A stretch of DNA of 64,000 nucleotides from Leucoraja erinacea (Eukaryota). Under the pieces are notes generated by a model. That model had not been told where the DNA came from and ran no database searches. It was given only the letters and a program-made list of their open reading frames with translations. Shown in pieces: positions 10,365 through 21,779 of the stretch (its first letter is position 1; each line of letters begins with the position of its first letter). The position numbers and the translations under genes are program-made. Location of the stretch: the NCBI RefSeq assembly GCF_028641065.1, contig NC_073382.1, positions 11,408,001 to 11,472,000 of the forward strand, written 5' to 3'.

Positions 10365-11778
10365 TGTTTAAGAAGGAACTGCAGATGCTGGAAAATCGAA
10401 GGCACACAAAAATGCTGGAGAAACTCAGCGGGTGCAGCAGCATCTATGGAGCGAAGGAAATAGGCAAAGTTTTGGGCCGAAACCCTTCTTCAAACTGATG
10501 GGGGGTGGCGGGGTGAAGAAAGGAAAAAGGAGGAGCCCGAGGGCTGAGGGATGGGAGGGGACAGCGCGAGGGCTGAGGAAGGGGAGGAGACAGCAAGGGC
10601 TAACAAAATTGGGAAATTCAATGTTCATACCCGCAGGATGCAGACTCCCCAAGCGGAATATAAGGTGCTGTTCTTCCAATTTCCGGTGTTGCTCACTCTG
10701 GCCATGGAGGAGACCCAGGACAGAGAGGTCGGATGGGGAATGGGAGGGGGAGTTGAAGTGCTGAGCCACCGGGAGGTCAGGTAGGTTCTTGCGGACCGAG
10801 CGGAGATGTTCGGCGAAACGACCGCCCAGCCTCCGCTTAGTCTCACCGATATAGATCAGCTGACATCTAGAGCAGCGGATGCAGTAGATGAGGTTGGAGG
10901 AGATACAAGTGAACCTCTGTCACACCTGGAACGACTGCTTGGGTCCTTGAATGGAGGGGGAAGGTAAAGGGACAGGTGTTGCATCTCTTGCGGTTGCAAC
11001 GAAAAGTGCCCGGGGAGGGGGTGGTATGGGAGGGAAGGGAAGAATTGACAAGGGAGTTATGGAGGGAGCGGTCTTTGCGGAAGGCAGACATGGGGGGAGA
11101 TGGGAAGATGTGGCGAGTGGTGGGGTCACGTTGGAGGTGGCGGAAATGACGGAGGACTATTTGTTGTATGTGACGGCTGGTGGGGTGAAAGGTGAGGACT
11201 AGGGGGACTCTGCCCTTGTTGCGAGTGCGGGGATGGGGAGAGAGAGCAGTGTTGTGGGGTATGGAAGAGACCCTGGTGCGAGCCTCATCTATGGTGGAGG
11301 AGGGGAACCCCCGTTCCCTGAAGAATGAGGACATTTCAGATGCCCTGGTGTGGAATGTCTGATCCTGGGAGCAGATGCGGTGCAGACGGAGGAATTGGGA
11401 GTAGGGGATGGAGTCCTTACAGGAAGCAGGGTGGGAAGAAGTGCAGTCCAGATAGCCATGGGGGTCAGTGGGTTTATAGTGGATGTCGGTCAGAAATCTA
11501 TCACCTGCGATGGAGATAGTGAGGTCAAGGAATGGTAGGGAAGTGTCGGAAATAGTCCAGGTGTATTTGAGTGCCGGATGGAAGTTGGTGGTGAAGTGGA
11601 TGAAGCCAGTCATTTGTGTGTGGGTGCAGGACTGGCACCAAAGCAGTCGTCGATGTAACGGAGGTAGAGGTCGGGGATGGGGCCCTGGTACGTATTGAAC
11701 AAGGATTGTTCGACGTACCGACAAAGAGGCAGGCGTAGCTGGGGCCCATGCGTGTGCCCATAGCTACGCCTTGTATTT
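10365..11778 (-). mobile_element. Penelope-like element: RT C-terminus, GIY-YIG endonuclease and pLTR, frameshifted
   Basis: QIQGVAMGTRMGPSYACLF; RYIDD at 11646-11660; LPFLD; IYCIRCSRCQLIYIGETKR; RKLEEQHLIFRLGSLHPAGMN; 11 bp TSD ggaaaattact (10354-10364 / 11779-11789). Confidence 0.9.
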
Positions 11779-11844
11779 GGAAAATTACTGTTGGTTTAAG
11801 AGAGTGAGGATCTCCCCACAATTAAAACGATTCCCAAAGGACTG

Positions 11845-11962
11845 AAGTTTCGGGTCGGGACCCTTCCAAACGGTCTCAGGTCCCACCCCGAAACGTGGTT
11901 CATCCATTCCTTCCACATATGCTGCCTGACTCGCTAGAGTTACTCCAGCACTTTGTATTTTG
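11845..11962. mobile_element. Fold-back Penelope pLTR fragment
   Basis: tttcgggtcgggaccctt (minus) followed by cccgaaacg..gctgcctgactcgctagagttactccagcactttg (plus). Confidence 0.6.
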
Positions 11963-12269
11963 CCCAGTGTCAGCGCGATGAATGGATCTGCGATAGTGCG
12001 AGGAGAGACGGGGAGCAATGAGTTGCAAAGAAACGCAGCGAGGGAGCTCCGGTAGATTGGAGCACGGGGAATAGGAGATCGGCACGTTTAAAGTCAGCGC
12101 GCAAGGGTCAGATTGATTTAGAAGGGACGTGGGGAACAGGGTGGTGGGTGGGTGCGGGTCTCCAAGGGGCGCGGGTAACAATCTGTAACCCTGGGAAACG
12201 GGAACCGCGGCTAGATAAACCAATCGTCGGACATTGGTGGACGGATTCGTGGAGGTCAAAATTAACAGC

Positions 12270-12985
12270 ATAAGTGGACCCTAGATGAGTTTCGAAGGAG
12301 TACGGTAAACACAGCTAAAGGAACAAAGTTAGAAAAATATCACAGCCCCAGTGAGTAAATAGATGAGCAGAGCCCAGATGAGTTTTAATGAGCTCCGGCG
12401 TGTTGAGCCCTGACTGGGTCTGATTCAGTTGATTACACGAGTGAGTGTTTAAATGAACGGCGGTGGTTTGAAATAAGAGCGGGTGAATCAATTGCAGAGG
12501 AAAGGTTGACAGTGTCGGCTCAGAGAACAGCGGGGTCCCAGTGAGTGAAGACGGGATGTGGAGTCTGCCTGTAGAAGAAACATCTCAGGTAGCGGGAAAC
12601 TGCACGGGTGATCTACACATGAGCCCGGGAAACAGAGTTCAGTGTGAGACACGGGGTCACGGAACAAAAGGCCAGGCAAGGAAACAAACCCGGTGAGTTC
12701 ATACCGAGGGGGGGAAACCTGCCTCTGTGAGTTAAAATAACGCGGGAAGTTGACTCGGTTGAATTTGAAAGGGTTGCGGAAACTGCCCTATTCGGACCGC
12801 ATGCAGCCATAAGGGCCCGAGTGAGCTTCACGTCAAGTCTTAGAGATCGTAGCAGAAGCACGGGAACAGCCGCGAAAAGTTGCAAATCCGCGGGAAACTA
12901 GTCCAGGGGGGATTAGTGATTACACAGAAGTTCTGGAAACAGCCCTGGTGAGTTCAAAACGAGGAATTGCTAATGAGTTTAGAGA
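12270..12985 (+). repeat. Decayed ~33 bp tandem repeat (about CGGGAAACAGCCCNGGTGAGTTCA)
   Basis: cgggaaac-like motifs near 12593, 12626, 12660, 12743, 12777, 12861, 12891; ccc.gtgagtt-like motifs near 12278, 12346, 12373, 12536, 12689, 12815, 12943. Confidence 0.5.
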
Positions 12986-13112
12986 CACAGGTAACTGCAG
13001 ATACTGCTTTAGAAAACAAAATACAAATTGCTGGAGCAACCCAGCGGGTCGAGCAGCATCTCTGGAGAACCATAGATGGGCGACGTTTCGGGTCGAGACC
13101 ATTCTACAGACT
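12985..13112 (-). mobile_element. Penelope pLTR fragment
   Basis: aactgcagata..gctggagcaacccagcgggtcgagcagcatctctggag..gacgtttcgggtcgagacc. Confidence 0.7.
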
Positions 13113-13304
13113 AATTAAAGGTACGTTTAAAAGGGACGCGGATACTCAAGTGTTTTTAAGGCAGCGCAGAAAACAGAGACCGTGTGATTTCAAAACGAAG
13201 GGGAGAAACAGCCATAAGTCCATGCATCCGTCATTCCAGTCCCGACGAAAAGTAGAGACCTACCTCACTGATACTGCCCAACATCGACCACTATGAAGTC
13301 CTTT

Positions 13305-13995
13305 AGTGACATATAAACTGCAGATGCTATAATCTGGACAAGGCAAATAACAAAGGAAAGCAGCAGGTCAGGCAGCAGCTGTGGAGGGAAAGGAACAGTC
13401 TTCAGAGGGTAGAACATTGGTGAAGAGAGGTAGGGATGGGGGAACCCCTCCCAAGTGATAGATGGGGAGGCGGATAATTGGCATTTGGAAATAAAGCCTC
13501 GAGGGGGGAGGGGACACACAAAAGGATATGTCAGGTGAGTAAAGAAGAGGCTGAGCGAAATGAGAAGCCGGAGGGAAGGATATGAATGGAAGAGGGTGGG
13601 GAGGGGAAAGGGGGAATAAATGGAAAATGGTTGACAGAGTAGGGAGGGGTGGGTGATCGGCATATGGTGGAGGGTATAGGAACAGGGTAACGGGGATTGT
13701 GGGAGACGGGTATGCGCACGGGATATTGGAGGGGGGTCTTGAAACTAGAGAATTCAATGTTCATGCCATTGGGTTGTATGCGATCTAAGTGGAATGTGAG
13801 GTGCTGAGTAGACAAGGCTGGAAGATTTGCAAGTAAACCTCTCTCATCCGGAAAGGCTGTTGGATTCCAATGGACTTCCATTCCAAGTAGATGGGAGTTA
13901 GAGATGAGTTGTAGGGGCAGGAGTTACGCTTTCTGCAGTTGCAGGGGAAATGAGTTGCCTGTAAATGAAGGTATGGATGGGGTGGCTGAAACAAG
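13305..13995 (-). mobile_element. Old Penelope 3' fragment (GIY-YIG end and pLTR)
   Basis: QHLTFHLDRIQPNGMNIEFS; FPCNCRKRNSCP. Confidence 0.65.
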
Positions 13996-14459
13996 ACATT
14001 GCAGATGATATGCCATTTATTGTCACTATACATGTACAGTGAAACTGAAAGCTGCTCGTACTCAGTGCATACATACAATTTAGCACAAAAAACAAGAAAC
14101 AGAAAAACAAAAAACAGAAGGGAGAAGGGAGGGTGGGGGGGGATAGGTGCACTATGTCTACGGCGCTACATACATATATACATATATACAGAGGGAAGTC
14201 CGGGTGTTGGGCAGTGAAGTCAGTGCATGTGTGAATTTGAATTAATAGTAGTTATTATTCTCGGAAAGCAACTATTTCTGATGATAGATGATTGATGATA
14301 GAGAGGTCTGTGCAGAAGTGGAAGGGGGATGCGAAAATTGGGAGGGTGTGGGGGGGGGAGGGGGTAGGGGCATAGTAATAATTCCAAGTTTGCTAATGAA
14401 AATGGTCTCAGTGGGAATGTGGGAAAGATGATGCTGAGGGGGTATAGAACACGGGAATG

Positions 14460-15062
14460 ACTGGGCAACAATAAGGCAATTGGAGAACAATGTGAAAAAA
14501 ATGACGTTATCCTCTTTGGTAGAAAATCATAAATACTGATTTTTTTTTTTAAATGGTGAAAGATAAGGTAATTTTGATATTGAAATAATAGATGTTCTTG
14601 TACAGGTTCACTCAAGACAAACACGCATTGGAGGTAGGCAAGTAGGAAGGCAAATGTTATCTTGACCTTAGCCACTTGTAAGACCACTTTCTCTCCTTTC
14701 TCACCTCTGACATTATTTTCCACCCATCTGCAAATCACGATGGTATGGAGAAAGGTTATGCTTTAGTTTTATGCGATTTAAAATATCAGATCTGAAGTAC
14801 TGTGCAACACATTGATCTCATTTGAGAAATAATGCATTGGAAGCAGTTCGGAGTAGGTTTATTGCACCAAGCCTTGGACTGCAAGGACTACCTCGTGTGC
14901 AAAGGTGACCAGAATAGCTTTTGCCTCCTGACGTGTAGAAGAATCAGAAGCAATCGATTGGAATGAAGATCCCACGAGGCTTGTGGGGATGAACTTGTGG
15001 AGGATGTTGGAGAAATCACAACTCGGGGCTGGTGTTTAAAAATAAGCTCACAAGCCAGAGAT
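14460..15062 (+). mobile_element. Old CR1 fragment
   Basis: gttatcctctttggtagaaaa, gtaggaaggcaaatg, tgcattggaagcagttcggagtaggttt. Confidence 0.5.
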
Positions 15063-15064
15063 GA

Positions 15065-15200
15065 AGTGAAGACACAAGGAACTGCAGACGCTGGAATCTT
15101 GAGCGAAACTCAAATTACTGGAGTTACTCAGCGGGTCGGGCAGCGTCTGTGGAGGGAATGGGTAGGCTATGTTTAGGATGGGACCCTTCTTCAAACTCTA
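15065..15200 (-). mobile_element. Penelope pLTR fragment
   Basis: ggaactgcagacgctggaatc...actcagcgggtcgggcagcgtctgtggag...ggacccttcttcaaact. Confidence 0.7.
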
Positions 15201-15679
15201 TGAAGTGTTGGTTTCTGTTTGATGATTGTGAGTCCTTGATTCTTCCATAGAGCAGTGGGAGCAGAGTTTTTTGATGGTTTTATGGTAGAGATGTTGATAA
15301 ACATTTGGAACTAAGGTCACTGCTGGTAGGCGGGAATTGGGGGATGAAAGAACTCTGTCGGCCGTAATAGTATCGACCATCTCCAGCTGTTGATTCGAGC
15401 GTTACTCATCTCGGCGAATTTAAAAGAGCGCGGATTTTTTGTATGAAAAGGAGCATGGGGAGTAGAATGCCAACTAAAGTTAGCCTCAAATTTGCACAAG
15501 GTTCAGATGTGTTTGAAAGGGGTTCCGGTACAAGAGACCCAATGCTCATAAAATCAGCAAGGGGAACTTTGCTCAAGTCTGGTCAACGGGAAAGCGCACG
15601 ACCGAGTGAAACAGCACGGAAAACAGCTCACTGGTATCCGCTGGGCGGGGACAGCGCCCCGGGGTGTTCAAACCCAGAT

Positions 15680-16050
15680 GGATACAAATCCTGGAGTATT
15701 ACACAGCGGGTCAGGCAGCATCTCTGGGGGGAAAAGGAACAGGTGACGTGTCAGGTCATAGAAACATAGAACATAGGTGCAGGAGTAGGCCATTCGGCCC
15801 TTCGAGCCTGCACCGCCATTCAAATGATCATGGCTGATCATCCAACTCGGTATCCTGTACCTGCCTTCTCTCCATAACCCCTGACCCATTTAGCCATAAG
15901 GGCCACATCTAATTCCCTCTTAAATATAGCTAGAGTGGTCGAGACCTTTCTTCAGACTGACAGTCGGGGAGAGGGAAATTAGAGTTATAAAGAGGTACAA
16001 AGGACAAATGAATGAAAGGTATGCAAAGGGACAAATCAAAACCACCAACA
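15680..16050 (-). mobile_element. Penelope pLTR split by a short CR1 3' tail (about 15757-15930, minus)
   Basis: ggtgacgtgtcaGGTC | atagaaacatagaacatagg...cttaaatatagc.. | GGTCgagacctttcttcagactga. Confidence 0.75.
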
Positions 16051-17222
16051 AAGGAGGACACAATCTTCCCGGTATAGTAGTGGCCAGAGGATCTGGGGAG
16101 ACAGAGGAATTGAAGGAAATCCACATTAGGCAGGAAATGGTGTTGGATAGACTGATGGGACTTAAGGCTGCATCCCAGGGCCTGATAGTCTGCATCCCAG
16201 GGTACTTAAGGAAGTGGCTCTAGAAATTGTGGATGTATTGGTGATAATTTTCCAATGTTCTATCGACTCGGGATCAGTTCCTGTGGATTGGAGGGTAGCT
16301 AATGTTATCCCAGAGAGGGAAAACGGGGAATTATAGACCAGTTAGCCTGACATCGGTGGTGGGGAAGATGCTGGAGTCAATTATAAAAGATGAGATGGCT
16401 GCACATTTGGATAGCAGTAACAGGATCGGTCCGAGTCAGCATGGATTTACAATGGGGAAATCATGCTTCACTAATCTTCTGGAATTTTTTGAAAATGTAA
16501 CTAGGAAAAAGGATGAGGAAGAGCCAGTGGATGTAGTGTACCTGGACTTTCAGAAAGCATTTGATAAGGTCCCACATAGGAGATTAGTGGGCAAACTTAG
16601 GGCACATGGTATTTGGGGTAGAGTGCCGACATGGATAGAGAAGTGGTTGGCAGACAGGAAACAAAGAGTAGGGATTAACGGGTCCCTTTCAGAATGGCAG
16701 GCAGTGTAGTGGTGTGCCACAAGGCTCGGTGCTGGGACCACAACTATTTACAATATACATCAATGATTTGGATAATGGGATTCAAAGTAACATTAGCAAA
16801 TTTGCAGATGACACAAAGCTGGGGGGCAGTGTGAACTGTGAGGAGGATGCTATGAGAACGCGGGGTGATTTGGACAGGTTTGGGGAGTGGGCAGATGCAT
16901 GGACAGATGAAGTTTAATGCGGATAAATCCTCTATGGTAGCAAAAACAGGAAGGCAGATTATTATCTAAGTTGGGGAAAAGGGGAAGTACAGTGGGATCT
17001 GGGGGTCCTTGTACATCAGTCTTTGAAAGTAAGCATACAGGTACAGCAGGCAGTGAGGGAAAGTGAATGGCATGTTGGCCTTTATAACAAGAGGAATTGA
17101 ATATAGGAGCAAAGGGGTCCTTCTGCAGTTGTACAGAGCCCTAGTGAGACCACACCTGGAGTATTGTGTGTAGTTTTGGTCCCCTAATTTGAGGAAGGAC
17201 ATTCTTGCTATTGAGGGAGTCC
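16050..17222 (+). mobile_element. CR1 LINE RT fragment (pseudogenic)
   Basis: [49 protein letters not shown]. Confidence 0.92.
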
Positions 17223-17266
17223 GGCATTTGTGATTAACAGTTGGATATATTTGTAAGTGTAAAATA

Positions 17267-17923
17267 CAGTAAACCCTCGAGATAACGGGCCGGGTGGGGG
17301 GGGGGGGTGTTGGTGTCCATTATTACCGAGTGTCCACTGTAACCGAGCAACTCATTATCGTTGTATAAGTAGTAGGGAGAAATAACTGCAGTTGCTGAAG
17401 AAAGACTGGATACTCGGCTTGTACTCGTTAGAATTTAGAAGATTGAGGGGAGATCTTACAGAAACTTACAAAATTCTTAAGGGGTTGGACAGGCTAGATG
17501 CAGGAAGATTGTTCCCGATGTTGGGGAAGTCCAGAACAAGGGGTCACAGTTTAAGGATAAGGGGGATATCTTTTAGGACCGAGATGAGGAAAACATTTTT
17601 CACACAGAGAGTGATGAATCTCTGGAATTCTCTGCCACAGAAGGTAGTTGAGACCAGTTCATTGGCTATATTTAAGAGGGAGTTAGATGTGGCCCTTGTG
17701 GCTAAAGGGATCAGGGGGTATGGAGAGAAGGCAGGTACAAGATACTGAGTTGGATGATCAGCCATGATCATATTGAATGGGCCGAATGGCCTACTCCTGC
17801 ACATATTTTCTATGTTCTATGTTAATACGCAAAAACTCTGGATTGGTGACGTTTCCGTTGAGACCTTTCTTCAGACTCTAGGTGTGGAACAGAGCTTGGG
17901 TCCGATAAAGTGAAGGTTTACTG
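17267..17923. mobile_element. Tc1/mariner (pogo/Tigger-like) MITE hosting nested pLTR and CR1 insertions
   Basis: TA|CAGTAAACCctcg ... gaaGGTTTACTG|TA terminal inverted repeats with TA TSD. Confidence 0.65.
17396..17822 (+). mobile_element. Young CR1 3' end
   Basis: LGLYSLEFRRLRGDL..SRTRGHSLRI..FFTQRVMNLWNSLP. Confidence 0.9.
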
Positions 17924-18005
17924 TATTTGAAAGCTACTGGGCAGAGTAGTTGAGACTCAGTGGATCATTGTGCCTTTCCACTGGTGAACAAGGTTTTTCA
18001 GAATA

Positions 18006-18114
18006 CTCGTGTAAGAAAGAACTGCAGATAAGGGCCTCAACCCAAATTGCTACTTATTCCTTTTCTCCAGAGATGCTGCCTGACCCGCTGGGTTACTCCA
18101 GCTTTTTGTGTCAA
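18006..18114. mobile_element. Mini Penelope pLTR unit with TSD
   Basis: TSD ttttcagaata at 17995-18005 and 18115-18125; near-duplicate at about 18365-18447. Confidence 0.7.
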
Positions 18115-20804
18115 TTTTCAGAATATTTTTTGGGTACTTAGGGTAAGTGTAATATATGTGATCAATTATATAGTTTTTTGAGTGAGTGTTGGATTGTTTG
18201 GGAATGTTTACTAGTGCACGCTTGTTATAATTCCTTTCTTTTTCTGAGAGCTTTGGGATAGCGGAGTTAAGGGATATGGGAGAATGCAGGAACTGGGTAC
18301 TGATTGTGGATGATCCGCCATGATCACGTTGAATGGCGGTGCTGGCTCGAAGGGCCGAATGGCCTACTCGTGTAGGAAAGAACTGCAGATAAGGGTCTCA
18401 ACCTAAATTGTCACATTCCTTTTCTCCAGAGATGCTGCCTGACCCATGGAACAGTGCAGCACAGGAACAATCCCTTCTGCCCATGGTGTCTGTAGCTAGC
18501 ATAATGTCAAATATCCCATCTACCTATACATGCTCCATACCCCTACATTCCCTTGACCTGGAACTTATTTTACCAGCGAAAGTAATGAGATGGGTGGGTT
18601 TAAAAGCAAATTCTGTATTGTGCTGTAATTCCCATACCTCTAATCTACCTCGCCTTGTACTTTGTATCAGTCATGGTTCTGTATCCTATTTATGTTGGGT
18701 GCATATTTTAAGATTATGAACAAAAACAGAATATTTATTTTGCTGAGGCCTGATCAATAGAAAATCTAGGCATGCATGTGCTTTACTTCTACCTTTTTCC
18801 CCCTGATGATATTTCACAGCATTGTGTCAAAATAGAAGACAATGTACAATCCACTGTAACTCTCATATTCCTGTGTACCAAATCTTGCACTATTAAGAGC
18901 TGGCATCCACACTCTCTTTATTGCACAATGCTGCCTAATTGGTTGTAATATTCTCAAACACTCATGTAAAAGCTAAATTCCATTACATCCATTGGTAGAA
19001 TAAGGTGCAGGTTCAAGATTTTGCATTTTTGTAGACAGAACAGTTAAACTGTCAGCAGAATCCTCTAATAAATACTGAAATAGCTGCTAGTCAGAATGCT
19101 GAGACTGGTACATCACTAATCTTTTCTTACCTTATACATAATTTATGATGAATTGCAAATCAAGCAAAATCAGATTGTATCACAGTAAATAGATTTTTTT
19201 GCTGAGCTATCTTAATCAAGCCATTTGCCAATATTTACTGATGAAAACTTCAATGTTAAACAACAAATTAGCAGAAGTACATTTTTTTGTGCAAGTATAA
19301 TGTTGTAAAGACATTAACTGCTCTAAACTAAATAATCTCTTAAGGGAACAAATATTCGTGAAGCCTCCCCTGGTGGCTGAGCTCATTAAGATCTCCTTGT
19401 GGATTGAGCTAGATACTCATTTGATCAGGACGCTACAGAGGGATTTGATTAAGGCTCCATTTGCACAGCGGGATCCCGGCTCTTAAAACCCCAGCTGACA
19501 GTTTGCTTGAATAGACGTGATTTAGGATTTGAACCACTGGACTTGTTAATGTCAGGGTTATTGAGGACACGTTGTCTCTCATGAGAATGCAGCATTTTTA
19601 CCTGCTCAGGAAGAATTTCCATCTTAGAATCACAGAGCTGAATAGTTTGTTACTTACACATAAATGTGGGAGAATGACGAGGATTTTCATCATGTACAGC
19701 ACCAAGTTTTCCTTTATCGCTGCATTAGGAAAATGGATAATTATTACTTTTATACATCATTCTTCTTGTGTTACCTGAAAAATGTGCACTCTGACTACCG
19801 CCTAAACTCAGGCTATTTTTAATGGTTTATAACATATTCAGTCAGTTTAATCCACACTAGGTTTGATGAACAGTCAGAGAGACAGTCAGAAAGCAATGCT
19901 TTCATTTATGTCAGAGTCAAGGATGTGGTACAAAAATTAATGGACTGTTTCCTTTAGCATTAAATGAACTCAAGTTCCACTCTATAGGACTACGGTGAGG
20001 GACAGGTGTAATGAAAAATCTTGCTTGCCTTTGGTACAAAGGATTTTGGTTGCGTTTATGCTACAGGTTAACAATAACTTCAGACCTGATTCCACCTTAC
20101 ACTGAATGAATCAAAATTGGGGAGTGGGGTGGGAGGGGGTTGGTAGGGGGCAGGAGGGGCAGGGCAGGTGTGGGATTTGGGATATGTGTGGTTGGGGTTT
20201 GAGGAGGGTTTCTTATCACTAATTCTGGCACCACTCTGTTCCTCAACACTAGGTTAATCTTGGAAATAGTACAAAGGTAACTTTGCCTTGACCCTAACGT
20301 CATGATTAAATTCAACCTTGCACAGTAGCTGACATGCAGTTGCAACTTCTACCATTAGCTGCTGGAGCAGGAGCATAGATGAACTGAGTTGAAAGAAAGA
20401 GAATTTGAATTAAAGCAAAAAAGCTAGGGGAATGGGATTGAGTGGATTTGATTACAAAGGATCAACACAAATTCATTGAAGTGAAGGGTCACCTATGATG
20501 TTTTTATTTTATTTCCAAGTTTTAAATATAACCTCAAATATTTGGGTTTGTAATTAGCAATAGAGCAGTTTTTCAGGTTAGTTTTTGAAAGTTCGAATAG
20601 TTTTATGGAACATAAGTAAGTTATCTTTAACAAAATCATTCCTGTGTAACATGGTTGAAGAACATTAAACTCTGTATCATATGTGACTTAGTAATTTAGG
20701 TTCCATGCCTAACTGTCTAAATCTTTATGTTGACTACATACCCAGAAAACAAGTAGTATTTCAACTGATAGCGATGCATCACTCCCAAATGAGCTCAATG
20801 CTTT

Positions 20805-20895
20805 CTGAAGAAGGGTCTCGACCCGAAACATCACCCATTCCTTCTCTCCATAGATGCTGCCTATCCCGCTGAGTCACTCCAGGTTTTTGTGTCTA
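20805..20895 (+). mobile_element. Mini Penelope pLTR insertion with hammerhead-like core
   Basis: CTGAAGAagggtctcgacccGAAAcatc; TSD tcaatgctttct at 20795-20806 and 20896-20907. Confidence 0.8.
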
Positions 20896-20959
20896 TCAAT
20901 GCTTTCTATATTCTCTTTGAAAGGGAGTACATTGATGTACCTTCTTAGCCCCCGAAACC

Positions 20960-21632
20960 ACTATTATTTGAGTCATCGAGGCGAGTCAGAAGATCCTTCA
21001 TGAGAGTGAACCCTCAGAAAGCATCCAGTCCTGATGGTGTGCTGCCTGCAGTATTTAAACCTGAATAAACAAACTAACTGGAGTTTTTGCAGATATCATC
21101 AACCTCTCACCACTAAATTCCTAATTTAAAGGGGCATCCATAATACTGGTGCTCAAGAAGAGCAAGGAGACACACCTCAATGAGTACAGACGGCTGGCGC
21201 TCTTGACAAGAGTCTCTTGTCCATTTTGCTGAAGTGCTTTGATTTGTTATTACACATCTCAGCACCTGCATATGTAAGGAACTGGACCCACCAAATTCAC
21301 CTACTGTCACAACAGATCACCAGTGAATGTAATCTCGCCGACTCTCCACCCTATACTGGACCACTAAAACATGGACGTCTTATTATTCCCTAACCATAAC
21401 TCTACCTCAGCAACAGTCTGCTGTGAACTTTGTTTTGGTCTCCCTACGTACTTCATTGTTGCACTATTATGTTCTGGCTACCTGGTAAAACTGATTATTA
21501 ATTTGATGTATTATTGATTACTGTATATTTATTTTTGTGCTATTATGTTAATGTGCCTGTAAACTTGTAACAAGTAGGAATTTCATTGTTCCATTCCTGC
21601 TACATATGACAATTAAACAATCTTGACTTGAG
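20960..21632 (+). mobile_element. Old Rex1-type LINE remnant
   Basis: agagtgaaccctcagaaagcatccagtcctgatgg; tail aatttcattgttcc..atatgacaattaaacaatcttgacttg. Confidence 0.6.
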
Positions 21633-21692
21633 AAACAAATGGAGGTAAAGTCAAATCTTTCTGCAGAAGGGTAGAGAGCAAACTGAAATACA

Positions 21693-21779
21693 GGGTTTCG
21701 GCCCGAAACGTTGCCTTTTTCCTTCGCTCCATAGATGCTGCTGCACCTGCTGAGTTTCTCCAGCTTTTTTGTGTCCCTC
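21693..21779 (+). mobile_element. Mini Penelope pLTR insertion
   Basis: gggtttcggcccgaaacgttgcc..; TSD caaactgaaataca at 21679-21692 and 21780-21793. Confidence 0.8.

Noticed and set aside
9757-10371. 204 aa ORF (and ORFs across 47101-47712)
   Set aside because: Artefacts that span N gaps
15608-15660. REST/NRSE site
   Set aside because: Only the half-site GGACAGCGCC matches; the left half is missing at canonical spacing
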